Below are positions 29,023 to 39,751 of a DNA stretch of 58,731 nt, in pieces. The stretch is from Candidatus Methylomirabilota bacterium (lineage in GTDB: Bacteria > Methylomirabilota > Methylomirabilia > Rokubacteriales > CSP1-6). The position numbers were made by a program, and so were the translations under genes. A model generated the notes under the pieces. It ran no database searches. It had not been told where the DNA came from and worked only from the letters and a program-made list of their open reading frames with translations. The stretch is from contig JBKPAK010000050.1 of the NCBI GenBank assembly GCA_046726415.1, positions 1 to 58,731 of the forward strand, in the 5' to 3' direction. Position 1 is the first letter of the stretch. The number at the start of each line of letters is the position of its first letter.

Positions 29023-30219
29023 TCAGAGAACCCCGTCGCGGCGGAGCGCGGCGAGGTCCGTCTCACCGAGGCCGAGCAGGCGGCCATAGACCTCTGCGTT
29101 GTGTTCACCCAGCAGCGGGGCTCGTATCACCTCGGTTGGCGAGGCCGACAGGCGAATGGGGCTGCCGGGTATCGCCATCCGACCGCGCGTGGGGTGCTCC
29201 ACGTCGACGACCATGCCGCGGCCGCGGAGATGCTCGTTCGACAGGACCTCCTCCGAGTCGAGCACGGCGCCGCACGGCACGCCGGCGCCCGCGAGCAGCT
29301 CCATGACCTCGTGTTTCGTGCGCTTCTGGGTCCATCCCTCGACCAGCGCCTCCAGTTCCTCCACCCGTGACACTCGACCGGTGCGGTCTTCGAAACGCGG
29401 GTCAACGGCCAGCACCGGCTGGCCGATGCCCCGCGTCAAGGCCTTCCACATCTCCGCGTTGGCCACGTGGATGAAGACGTAGTCGTTCGGGCCGAACGGG
29501 CGACAGCGGTAGACGTTCGAGGGGGCCGCGCCTGGCGAGCGGTTCCCGCGCCGCGGGATGGGGCGCACTCCGAGATGGTGCTCGCGGAAGTGGATGCGGG
29601 TGAGGTTCACCACGACGTCCTGCTGGGCCACTTCGATGCGCTGCCCGACGCCGGTGACCTGCCGCTGGACGAGGGCGGCCAGAATGCCGATCGCGGCGTG
29701 GAGGCCGGAGCCGGTGTCACCCAGACCGGACTCGATGCGGACCGGAGGCCCGTCGGATGTGCCGGTGAGGCTCATGACGCCGCCCATCGCCTGGGCGATC
29801 ATCTCGAAGCTGTTGTAGCCGGCGTAGGGGCCTTCGCTGCCGAAGCCCTTGACCGAGGCGGAGATGATGCGCGGGTTGATCCGCGCCAGCGCATCGTAGC
29901 CGAAGCCGAGCCGCTCCATGGAGCCGGGCCCGAGGTTCTCGACGACGACGTCGGCCTTCTTCACCATCGCTTCGAACATCTGCCGGCCGCGCTCGGACTT
30001 GAGGTTCAGGGTGACGCTCTGCTTGTTGGCGTTTAGCAGACAGAAGAAGACCGAGTCCATGTCGGGCCGCTCACTGAGCCCGCGGCGAGCGGGCTCGCCG
30101 GTCGGCGGCTCGATCTTGATGACTTCGGCGCCGAGCCATGCCAGCGTCTCGGTGCAGCTCGGCCCCGCTTCGTACTGCGTGAGGTCGAGGACCCGGATCC
30201 CGTCGAGCGCTTTGGCCAT
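29023..30219 (-). CDS. Class III CoA-transferase (CaiB/BaiF, formyl-CoA transferase-like)
   Basis: LDGIRVLDLTQYEAGP, LNANKQSVTLNLK, DVVVEN, GDTGSG, APLLGEHN. Confidence 0.93.
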   Translation of the reverse strand: MAKALDGIRVLDLTQYEAGPSCTETLAWLGAEVIKIEPPTGEPARRGLSERPDMDSVFFCLLNANKQSVTLNLKSERGRQMFEAMVKKADVVVENLGPGSMERLGFGYDALARINPRIISASVKGFGSEGPYAGYNSFEMIAQAMGGVMSLTGTSDGPPVRIESGLGDTGSGLHAAIGILAALVQRQVTGVGQRIEVAQQDVVVNLTRIHFREHHLGVRPIPRRGNRSPGAAPSNVYRCRPFGPNDYVFIHVANAEMWKALTRGIGQPVLAVDPRFEDRTGRVSRVEELEALVEGWTQKRTKHEVMELLAGAGVPCGAVLDSEEVLSNEHLRGRGMVVDVEHPTRGRMAIPGSPIRLSASPTEVIRAPLLGEHNAEVYGRLLGLGETDLAALRRDGVL

Positions 30220-30459
30220 CGTCGTGGCTCCTCACTGGGTGGTGTCTGCCGAGAGTCGCACGGTCTGCGCGCGGGTCTCGTCGCAGCTGACTGTAGCATC
30301 GGTCGGGCCCCCGGCCCACTCGTGCCGGCCAGACGCGGGGGGCGACCGTCCGCCGCCGGCCGGGTAACGCAAACGTAGGCGCACTGTCCCTCGCCCTGTC
30401 ACGTTGCCGGTGTAGCGTCGTAGCGACCCGCGAGCGTTGGGGTCACACGGGGAGGGAAG

Positions 30460-30912
30460 ATGCGCACGAGCCCGCGAGTCCTCGATCGAAATCGCCGCCG
30501 CGCTCCGCTTGCCAGCTGCGCGGTGGCCGTCCTGCTCTTCGCTGGCGCGACGGCCAGCGCCCGTGCCCAGACTCTGGAGGGACGGGCCGTACTTCCGGCC
30601 GATACGTTCGCCGACGGACCTCTGGGCACTTCATCGAGTCCGCCAATGGCCGCGTCCCGCCCTTCGTGGGCGCGCAGCCGGTGCAGGGCTTCTCCTCGGT
30701 GCTGCGGACCTGGTTCGGCGAATACCTGGCGATGTCCGACAACGGGTTCGGCGCGAAGGCGAACTCGGCGGACTACGTGGCTGCGCGTCTACCGCACCCG
30801 CCCTGATTTCCTGACGAGGTCGCGCGGGACGGGAGCGATCCAGGCTGAGCCGCTCTTCACCCTTCGCGACCCCGATCGGAAGATCAATTTTACGATCGTG
30901 GCCGATCGCGAG
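30460..30912 (+). pseudogene. Phytase-like esterase family protein, N-terminal fragment with two frameshifts
   Basis: Signal peptide, LEGRAVLPADTFADGP | QPVQGFSS...MSDNGFGAKANSADY | LRVY...LRDPDRKINF; similarity then ends. Confidence 0.7.
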
Positions 30913-30987
30913 GGCCGGGCTCAGGCCGAGACGGCGAGCCTTACCTCGCTCTGCGTCGCGTCGGCCGCACCCACCGGACGACATGCG

Positions 30988-31371
30988 TCACGTCGGCCGC
31001 GCGGACCGGTACGCCCCGTCGCGCCGCGAAGACTTGCTGGCCTCCCTCCGGCGGGGCGGTGTTCGCGTCGCCCGACGGCGATCGAGCGTCGCATCCTGTC
31101 CGAAATGCTCGTCGCACAAGGCCTGGATCTCCCGCTCGATGCGCGAGCGCAGCGGCATCAGCAACAAACCGATTTCGACGCGAACCTCCAAGCCTTCCCC
31201 CGTCACCGTAACCGCCCCGGACGCCCCGGTCCGCCGGAAGGCCAACGTGTTCCCGTCCCACGCATAGGTCCCGCCGTACTCGTCCTGCAGGCGTCGGGCC
31301 ATCGTCTCCGCGAGACGCTTGGCCTTGACCAGCCCCAAATGATGGCTGCGCTGGACAACGATCGCGTTCAT
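30988..31371 (-). CDS. Polyhydroxyalkanoic acid system family protein
   Basis: IVVQRSHHLG..KAK..AE, W.G.TL.F.RTG.SG, GLLL.PL...IE.EI; AAGGAGG RBS. Confidence 0.8.
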   Translation of the reverse strand: MNAIVVQRSHHLGLVKAKRLAETMARRLQDEYGGTYAWDGNTLAFRRTGASGAVTVTGEGLEVRVEIGLLLMPLRSRIEREIQALCDEHFGQDATLDRRRATRTPPRRREASKSSRRDGAYRSARPT

Positions 31372-31473
31372 CGCGCTCCTTCCCTCCTTGTGCGCTGCCC
31401 CGGCACCCAGGACCAGAGCCAGTCCGCGATGCTAGCTCGGGCGGCATTGCCCCTTCGTGTCGGCTGTGTGAAG

Positions 31474-31508
31474 GACGCGTGACGGCGCGATGATCGCCGT
31501 CCCGCGTC
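31474..31508. terminator. GC hairpin downstream of the cyclase gene
   Basis: GACGCG-T-GACGGCG, 7-nt loop, CGCCGTC-C-CGCGTC; no clear U tract. Confidence 0.4.
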
Positions 31509-31549
31509 GGGCAGGAGCCCGCGTTTCAATGACTCCCGGCTGAAGAAGA

Positions 31550-32737
<1,188 letters not shown>

Positions 32738-32852
32738 GGGTCAACGATACCCCCCTTCCCGCCGCGGCGGGAAGACAGTCGGGGATCTCCAGTCCAGCGG
32801 TCGTCGAGTGGAGGCGCTGTGGGATCGTAGCGGAGGTCGGAGTAGACCGGCG

Positions 32853-33737
32853 CTATGGGAGCGCTGGGGAGGTCGCTGGGGCGGGACGCGCGAGGCGACG
32901 GGCGAACTCCTCGGTAGCCTCGTCGCAAGGATAGAAGCACTCCACCCGAAGCTCCTGGAGGGTAATGTCCTGGGGCGTGCCGAGGGTGGCGATGGTGGTG
33001 AAGAAGCGCAGCGCGAGGTCGCCCTTGCGCAGGGCCATGGGTAAGAACGGCGCTGACTGCGCCTTGGCATCTGGACTGCGCAAGCGCGCGGGCACGCCAG
33101 GGTAGGAGAGCACTTCGTCGAGCAGCTGCCGAGTACCTTCGTCGGGGATGCCACCGACGGCCTCGCGGTGAATCTGCTGGATCAGTGGATTCGCGAGGGC
33201 CTCCCAGTTCGCGATGTACTGGCGCAGCCCCTGCGGGTGAAAGGTCATTCGCACGACGTTCGGCGGCCCCGGCACCTGGGCGACCGCCTCCCGATCGAGG
33301 AACAGAGAGAACACGCGGCCGGCCCCTTCGTTCTGCATGAGCAGATTCCAGTGGCGGTCCACGACCAGAGCCGGATAGGGCTCCTGCTGAGCGAGCATGA
33401 AGCCCAGGGCCCGGCGCACCTGGCTCAGCTCGGGCGCACCGAGCGGGGTCTCGCGATAGATCGGCGCGTACCCCGCAGCCGTCAACAGAACGTTCTGGTC
33501 GCGTAGCGGTACATCGAGGACACCGGCCAGCAACAAGACCATCTCCCGACTGGGCTGGGCTCGCCCGGTCTCGAGGAAGCTCAGGTGCCGGGAGGAGATC
33601 TCCGCTTCGGTGGCCAGGGTGAGCTGGCTCAGGCGCCGGGCGAGCCGCCAGTGCCGCAGGACATCGCCGAACCGCGGGACCGCCGTCTGAACGCCCGTTT
33701 CCACCGTGGCCCTCTCGGCCGCGCCTCGCCCGGCCAT
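32853..33737 (-). CDS. XRE HTH regulator with MmyB-like ligand-binding domain
   Basis: ATG 33737 after GGAGG; LSQLTLA..AEISSRHLSFLETGR, PYPALVVDRHWN, FFTTIATLGTPQDITLQELRVECFYP. Confidence 0.92.
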   Translation of the reverse strand: MAGRGAAERATVETGVQTAVPRFGDVLRHWRLARRLSQLTLATEAEISSRHLSFLETGRAQPSREMVLLLAGVLDVPLRDQNVLLTAAGYAPIYRETPLGAPELSQVRRALGFMLAQQEPYPALVVDRHWNLLMQNEGAGRVFSLFLDREAVAQVPGPPNVVRMTFHPQGLRQYIANWEALANPLIQQIHREAVGGIPDEGTRQLLDEVLSYPGVPARLRSPDAKAQSAPFLPMALRKGDLALRFFTTIATLGTPQDITLQELRVECFYPCDEATEEFARRLARPAPATSPALP

Positions 33738-33782
33738 ATCACGCACCTCCACCGGCGAGTGTACGCTCAGCCCGAAGGGGCG

Positions 33783-33803
33783 CCATTACCTCTCGAGTAA
33801 TGG
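33783..33803. promoter_or_regulatory. Palindromic operator candidate
   Basis: CCATTAC-7 nt-GTAATGG in the divergent region upstream of the XRE gene. Confidence 0.6.
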
Positions 33804-33904
33804 GCGCTCCGCGCGCTCCGTGGACACTGTTGACTCAGACCGCACCTCGACCACACCCGAGCTCAGGGACATCGGCGCGCCCGATCGCCACAACGGAGGG
33901 ACGA

Positions 33905-34192
33905 ATGGCAGAGCCTCGAGATCGGACCGAGCGCACCTTTCACATCCTGGGGGTTCCGCTCCGTACCGGCTCACCGTATCCGGACAACGAAAACGACGCT
34001 CAGGCCCGATTCGTCGCCGAGATCCTCGGCTTGACCGTCAAGCCGCGCCAAGGTTACTTTGCGCACGTGCTGGGCGCGGTTTCTACTTCGACGACCCTGA
34101 CGGCCCGGTTCCGCAACACCGCGCCCGAGCTCACCGCGGCGACGGAGCGCCTGACGAGCGACGCCCAGAGAGCGCCGCGGGTTCCCCGCTAG
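33905..34192 (+). pseudogene. Chimeric scrap: arginase-like N-terminus joined to a VOC/glyoxalase-like piece
   Basis: GGAGGG RBS; TFHILGVPLRTGS.YP.NE, then RFVAEILGLTVKP..GYFAHV. Family calls are from recall. Confidence 0.4.
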
Positions 34193-34229
34193 GCGCGGCG
34201 TCGGGCGGGCGAGCACTCGCGGATTGCCG

Positions 34230-35060
34230 ATGCTGCTCGGTGCCGCGCTCGCCCTCGCGGTGCTCACAGGGATGCCGGTGATGATGTTTCTCCTCCAGGA
34301 CAGCCTCATCTTCCTGCCGCAGCCCGTGGTGGGTTTGGGCCCGGCGCCGCGGGCCGGACTCGAAGAGGTGGAGATCGCCGCCGACGATGGAACGCGCCTG
34401 CGCGGCTGGCTTGCCAAGGCGCGGAGCGAGCGCGCCCCACTGCTCATCTACTTCGGCGGCAATGCGGAGGAGGTGTCCTGGCTGGTCGAGGAGGCGCCCC
34501 GCCTACGCGGGTGGTCGTTCCTCCTCGTCAACTACCGCGGCTATGGGCGCTCGGAGGGGCGGCCGGGCGAGCGCCCGTTCTTCGCCGACGCACTTCGCGT
34601 CTACGACTGGGCCCGCGAGCGAACCGACGTCGATCCCGAGCGCATCGGCGCCATGGGCCGAAGTCTCGGAAGTGGCGTGGCCGTCTACCTCGCGTCGGCG
34701 CGGCCGCTGGCCGTGATCATCTTGGTTTCTCCCTTCGACAGCCTGACCGCGGTGGCTCAACACCATTACCCGTGGCTTCCGGTGCGCTGGCTCCTGCGCC
34801 ATCCGTTTGACTCGCTCGGGCGCGCCAAGGCCATCCATGTGCCGCTGCTGTGCAGCGTGGCCGGACGCGATCGCGTGATCCCGCCCGCGCATTCGGCGCG
34901 ACTCTACGCGGTCTGGGCCGGGCCCAAGCGATGGGTCGAGTTCCCTGACGCCGACCACAACGGCATCTCCGCCGAACCCCGCTTCTGGCCGACCATCGCC
35001 GATTTCCTGGCCGACACGAGGCCATCCGACGGGGAGCCCCCCCGGGTCCCAGCGGGATGA
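34230..35060 (+). CDS. Alpha/beta hydrolase (ABHD13/Bem46-like), N-terminal membrane anchor
   Basis: IYFGGNAE, NYRGYGRSEG.P, GRSLGSG, D.VIP, ADHN. Confidence 0.9.
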   Translation: MLLGAALALAVLTGMPVMMFLLQDSLIFLPQPVVGLGPAPRAGLEEVEIAADDGTRLRGWLAKARSERAPLLIYFGGNAEEVSWLVEEAPRLRGWSFLLVNYRGYGRSEGRPGERPFFADALRVYDWARERTDVDPERIGAMGRSLGSGVAVYLASARPLAVIILVSPFDSLTAVAQHHYPWLPVRWLLRHPFDSLGRAKAIHVPLLCSVAGRDRVIPPAHSARLYAVWAGPKRWVEFPDADHNGISAEPRFWPTIADFLADTRPSDGEPPRVPAG

Positions 35061-35106
35061 CCCAAGCCCCTGAGCCATCGACGCGCCGGTCCTCGAACCG
35101 CTGGGA

Positions 35107-36414
35107 TCAGCGTGACCGCGACGTCTCGGCCTGCGCGTGGTGCTGGCGCGAATGGTCGAAACGCGCGTGGTGCTGGCGCAGGAGATCCCTCCCATAGTCA
35201 TTGCCGTTCGGCGTGCGGATCACCGTGTGGATGTGACGGCGCGACGGCTGGTCGTTGTCGAACACGATCCCCCGCTGGTGGTCGAACTCGATCAAGACGA
35301 CCGGGCTGTGAATGCGGTAGTAGAAGACGCTGCGCTCGTCGAAGCCGCCGATCCAGGCAAACCGGGTCTCCGCGAGGTGTCGCTCGACTTCCTCCATCCG
35401 CACCGTGGCGTGCCCCGGACGGATCCGGGCGATGTAGAGCTCGATCACGCTCCGCAGACGCCGTTGCTGCTCGCGAGAGAGTTCGTCGTGACGGATGCCT
35501 TCGGCGCGCATCTCGGCATTGTCGCGGAAGGCTGCGGTGAAGACTTCTCCGGGGAGCTCCGTAGAGAGAATGGTCTTGGCCCGCTGCTCGTCGCTCAAGG
35601 CGCGGAGCAGGGCGAGGCCATCCTGCTCCTCGCCCTGAAAGACGCGCGTTCCCGCGTAGGGGCCCGACTCGGCGGCCACCGGCTCCGATCCCATGAACAT
35701 CGGCGTCATGGCGATCTGGTCGCCCAGGACGAAGCAATTGACGATCAAATGGTGGCCGTCGATTTGCCAGCCCCACGGCGCATCGGACGACGGCGTTCCG
35801 AACACGCTCACCCAGTACAGCCACTCGCCGTATTCCTGCGGTTTGGCGGTGAGCAGCTTCACCACCTCGTTGAGCTTCATGACGTCGCGCGCGGTGTCGA
35901 GGCCCCGCGCGCTGAGGCTCGCGCGCAGCAGGGCCACCCCGCCCTCCCGCTGAGCCGGGTTCAGGTCATCGAGGCAGACCCCGTGCCGCATGATGAACGG
36001 ATGGATGTTGCTCCACCGACGCCACGCGTCGCTGTCGATGGCGAACGACGCCGTCGCGCGTTGGCTCGGGCTGAGCGCCTCGAGGAAGGCGAGGGCAGCG
36101 GCTCGAATGGGCTGCGTGGAGACCCCTGTCTTCTGGAGGGCGAACAAGCCGGGAACGATGCGGCCGTCAGTGGTGATTCCCTTGAACGCCTGGGCGACCG
36201 ACGCCTCGCCCATTTCCTTGTATCGCCGCAACCCTTCGGGAAGCGGCGATGGCAGTTCCCGGGCAGACGTCGGTGGTCGCTGGCGGAGCCTCAATTCAGT
36301 GCTCACCGGAGTCCCTCGCTCTCGTGGGGATGGTTGTGGATCGCGGCTCGCCCGGGTGCATCCCGTCATGGCGAAGGTCATCGCTTCGAGAAACCACCGC
36401 CGGCTCGTGCTCAT
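35107..36414 (-). CDS. DUF3500 domain protein (start uncertain)
   Basis: FLEALSPSQR, RRWSNIH, FGTPS...PWGWQIDGHHL..N, TPMFMGSEP, FAWIG, YYRIHSP...IEFD, HIHTVIRTPNGNDYG. Confidence 0.85.
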   Translation of the reverse strand: MSTSRRWFLEAMTFAMTGCTRASRDPQPSPRERGTPVSTELRLRQRPPTSARELPSPLPEGLRRYKEMGEASVAQAFKGITTDGRIVPGLFALQKTGVSTQPIRAAALAFLEALSPSQRATASFAIDSDAWRRWSNIHPFIMRHGVCLDDLNPAQREGGVALLRASLSARGLDTARDVMKLNEVVKLLTAKPQEYGEWLYWVSVFGTPSSDAPWGWQIDGHHLIVNCFVLGDQIAMTPMFMGSEPVAAESGPYAGTRVFQGEEQDGLALLRALSDEQRAKTILSTELPGEVFTAAFRDNAEMRAEGIRHDELSREQQRRLRSVIELYIARIRPGHATVRMEEVERHLAETRFAWIGGFDERSVFYYRIHSPVVLIEFDHQRGIVFDNDQPSRRHIHTVIRTPNGNDYGRDLLRQHHARFDHSRQHHAQAETSRSR

Positions 36415-36553
36415 CGATGGACACCGTTCCCTCGCACCCCGGGCCATCCTGCGCCCAGCTCGGGCGGCGGTCAAGAAGCGGGGAGGAGTGCTTTCACCTC
36501 AACCCCGGCATAATGGGGTCGCAGGCGAATTTCCAGGCCGGAGGAATCCGAGC

Positions 36554-37717
36554 ATGATCACGAGATTTGGCAGCCTGTTCGCGGGTCACGTCGATCTGGA
36601 CAACGAGGGGCTGGACGGCACTCCGGCCAACGACCGCTGGCTCTCCGACGAGTATCTGGCGACGGTGTTTCCCAAGAGCGAGGCCATCGCGAAGCTCATG
36701 GACCGGACCGGCTACGACACCTTCTGGCTGGCCGAGCACCACTTCCAGCGCGAGGGATACGAGTGCATCCCGAATATCCTGATGCTGGCCCTGCACCTCT
36801 GCCACATCACCGCGAACCTCAAGATCGGCTGCGGCTTCAATATCGCGCCGATGTGGCACCCCATCCGGATGGCCGAGGACTATGCCACCGTCGACTGGCT
36901 GACCGATGGCCGGGTCGTCTTCGGTGTCGGGCGCGGCTACCACACCCGCGAGGTGGAGGCCTTCGGGGCGCCGCTGCTCGACCAGGACGCCAACCGCGAG
37001 CTGTTCGAGGAACAGGTCGAGATCATCTTCAAGTCGTTCAACCAGCGCGCCTTCTCGCACCAAGGCAAGCACTACACCATCCCGCCCCAGGTGCCCTACC
37101 GGGGCTACGAGCTCCGGGAGATCACCCTGGTGCCGCGGCCGAAGACCTTGCCGGTCGAGTGCTGGCAGCCGGTCGTCAGCGCTAGCCCGCGCGCGCTGGA
37201 CTTCATGGCCAAGCACGGCATCAAGGGCATCATCGGCGGCGGCGCAGCGCCTGGTGGGGCCAACGAGAAGGTCGTCCACGCCTTCCGCGAGGCGCGCGCC
37301 CGCGCCGGGCGGGACACCGAGCTGGGCGGCGACCTCTGCATCGGATTCTCATTCCACATCGCCGACAGCGTCGAGCAAGGCATCAAGGAGGCGACGCCGT
37401 TCTTCGAGGAGAACATGAAGATGTTCGCCCCTCTGGGGTTCGTGCCCGGCCTCACCCCCGAACAGATCGAGGCGGTCGCCGATCCGCAGAGGGCTCGCGG
37501 GGCCAACCTGCCCACGCTGCGCCATGCAATCAAGGCGGGCACGTGGCTGATCGGACCGCCGGAGCAGATCACCGAGAAGCTCATGGACGTGCAGCACAAA
37601 TACCCAGGTCTGGAGGTGGTGAACGTCGGTCAGCCGGTCGGCACGCCGCAGGCGGTGATCCTGGAGCAGCTCGAGCGCTTCGCCGCGCAGGTCATGCCGG
37701 CCTTCAAGACCAAGTAA
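36554..37717 (+). CDS. Luciferase-like (LLM class) flavin-dependent monooxygenase
   Basis: ATG 36554 after GGAGG; FWLAEHHF, WHPIRMAEDYA, FGVGRGY. Confidence 0.92.
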   Translation: MITRFGSLFAGHVDLDNEGLDGTPANDRWLSDEYLATVFPKSEAIAKLMDRTGYDTFWLAEHHFQREGYECIPNILMLALHLCHITANLKIGCGFNIAPMWHPIRMAEDYATVDWLTDGRVVFGVGRGYHTREVEAFGAPLLDQDANRELFEEQVEIIFKSFNQRAFSHQGKHYTIPPQVPYRGYELREITLVPRPKTLPVECWQPVVSASPRALDFMAKHGIKGIIGGGAAPGGANEKVVHAFREARARAGRDTELGGDLCIGFSFHIADSVEQGIKEATPFFEENMKMFAPLGFVPGLTPEQIEAVADPQRARGANLPTLRHAIKAGTWLIGPPEQITEKLMDVQHKYPGLEVVNVGQPVGTPQAVILEQLERFAAQVMPAFKTK

Positions 37718-37739
37718 CCAGCTCCCGACGGAGGCTCTC

Positions 37740-38777
37740 ATGGGCACGCGAATCGGCATCGTTGGAGTCGGGGCGATCGGCAGCGTGGTGGGCGGGCTCC
37801 TGACCAAGGCCGGTCATGACGTCACGTTGATCGACCAGTGGCCGGAGCACGTCGAGGCGATGAAGAAGGTCGGGCTGCGGCTCTCGGGCACCTGTGGCGA
37901 ACACCTGATCCCGGTGCGCGCGCTGCAGCTCCACGAGCTGCAGTCGGTCGCCGAGCCGTTCGACGCCGTCTTCATCGCCGTGAAGTCCTACGACACGGAA
38001 TGGGCGGTGGCGCTCGGCCTCTCGTACCTGAAGCAGCCCGACGGCGTGATCGTCGACTTCCAGAACGGCATCAACGACGAGCGGGTGGCCGCGGCGGCCG
38101 GCCGCGAGCGGTGCCTCGGCTGCGTCATCACCATCGGCGCCGGCATGTACGAGCCGGGCCACGCCATCCGCACCGACCGTGGCCAGATCGGCTTCAAGAT
38201 CGGCGAGCACGACGGCAGGATCACCGAGCGGGCCGAGCGCATCGCCAAGATCATGTGCGACGTGGCCCCAACCAAGGTGACGACGAACCTCTGGGGCGAG
38301 CGCTGGTCGAAACTCTCCGTGAACTGCATGGCCAACGGCCTGGCCGGCCTCTCGGGGCTCGGCTCGGCCGAGGTTCGCAGCACGGACGGCGTCCGCCGGG
38401 TGGCCATCCACCTCGCCGCCGAGGTCATCAAGGTCGGCCGGGCTCGGGGCCACGAGGTGGAACCGATCTGGGGCATCACCGCCCAGCGCTTCATGGACGC
38501 CGCTGAAGGGCGGCGGCTGGTCGACGTGGAGCGCGACATGGCGGAACGGGCCAAGGAGCTTGCCGGCGGGCGGCCATCGCTTCTCCAGGACGTCATGCGC
38601 GGACGCCGCACCGAGGTCCAGTACTTGAACGGCTACGTCTCCGAGCAAGGGCGCCAGGTCGGCATCCCCACCCCGTTCAACGACAAGGTCGTGGAGCTCA
38701 TCACCCGCGTCGCGCCAGGCACGCTCAAGCCCGACCCGAAGAACCTCGAGCCGCTGGTGGCGATGTTGCCGAAGTAG
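37740..38777 (+). CDS. Ketopantoate reductase family (PanE/ApbA) oxidoreductase
   Basis: GVGAIG, IAVKSY, FQNG, WSKL..N, SLLQD..GRRTE..LNG. Confidence 0.88.
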   Translation: MGTRIGIVGVGAIGSVVGGLLTKAGHDVTLIDQWPEHVEAMKKVGLRLSGTCGEHLIPVRALQLHELQSVAEPFDAVFIAVKSYDTEWAVALGLSYLKQPDGVIVDFQNGINDERVAAAAGRERCLGCVITIGAGMYEPGHAIRTDRGQIGFKIGEHDGRITERAERIAKIMCDVAPTKVTTNLWGERWSKLSVNCMANGLAGLSGLGSAEVRSTDGVRRVAIHLAAEVIKVGRARGHEVEPIWGITAQRFMDAAEGRRLVDVERDMAERAKELAGGRPSLLQDVMRGRRTEVQYLNGYVSEQGRQVGIPTPFNDKVVELITRVAPGTLKPDPKNLEPLVAMLPK

Positions 38778-38828
38778 AGTGGCGATGGCGAGGCTCCACC
38801 CCAAGGGCCCCGCGAGGTGCGGGCCGGG

Positions 38829-39542
38829 TCAGCGTCCAGGCACCGCAGGCGGCGGCGCGGCGAGCGCGCGGACGATCTCGACCATTTCGGCGTGCGCCCG
38901 AGAGCGGGGGTCACTGAACGCCTCGAGGGCATTCGCCTCGGTCAGTCGACTGAGCCGGGTCAGCATCCGAATGCGCTGCCGGCGCGTGAGCTTCGCGTGC
39001 GGGGAGCGCCAGCGGAAGAAGAGGCGATAGAGCTCGCCATCGCCGAACAGCCGGTTGAGCTCGTGAATGGTGACGTAGACGAGGAAGAGCACCATCAACC
39101 AGACCTGGATGGTGAGGAAGCGCGGCCACGAGAAGCCATCGACCAGGTGCTGCGGGAAGTCGACCAGCGCGCCCCCCTCATGCAGGAAGTGCAGCAGCCC
39201 CTCGCCGATCCGTATCACGAACACGCAAGCCCAGTAGATCGCGGCTTTGAAGAGGATCGGCTGCACGAGCGGCGCGCCGTCGAAGCGCCGCATGAACGGC
39301 ATGTGGTCCACGACCAGCACGGCCTTGGCGACGAGCAGAGCGGCCATGGTGGCCACGAGGAAGCCGCTGAACTCGATGTTGTGCTCCTGCAGGATCATCT
39401 GCTTCGTCCAGAGGATCAAATTGAAGCCGATGAAGAAGAAGATCGTCGGCGGCAGAAGGTGCTTCATCTGGTCGACGTACCAGGCGAGCGCGCGGCGCCA
39501 GATGGAGGGCTTCGCGCCTGCAGGGACGGCGATGGTGGTCAT
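38829..39542 (-). CDS. Hypothetical four-TM membrane protein
   Basis: LPPTIFFFIGFN, AALLVAKAVL and other hydrophobic segments; GAAGGAG RBS before ATG 39542. Confidence 0.75.
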   Translation of the reverse strand: MTTIAVPAGAKPSIWRRALAWYVDQMKHLLPPTIFFFIGFNLILWTKQMILQEHNIEFSGFLVATMAALLVAKAVLVVDHMPFMRRFDGAPLVQPILFKAAIYWACVFVIRIGEGLLHFLHEGGALVDFPQHLVDGFSWPRFLTIQVWLMVLFLVYVTIHELNRLFGDGELYRLFFRWRSPHAKLTRRQRIRMLTRLSRLTEANALEAFSDPRSRAHAEMVEIVRALAAPPPAVPGR

Positions 39543-39751
39543 GGCGGCCAGCTCCTTCCCGGCCCGGATATTCCCTCGCGGGCCATGGATTAGCCCCAAC
39601 AGTATGGGACATAGTCACGCGGGTGCCGACGGCCCGCTTGCCGCGGGCTCGGTCCCCGGCTTATTCTCTCGCCATCGCGACGCTCGCCGCCATCTCGCAC
39701 GCCGGCGGCGGTGAGCGGACCCGGCTGGTACCACGAGGGGAGGAAGGATCG

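Noticed and set aside
35990..36553. N-terminal extension making a 575-aa LLM (also 786 aa at 41859, 569 aa for lysA, 487 aa for livF)
   Set aside because: The extensions overlap neighbouring genes; RBS-supported or overlap-coupled internal starts give normal lengths.
38806..38825. Short GC hairpin between the panE-like gene and the membrane protein
   Set aside because: The stem is short and imperfect for this GC content.
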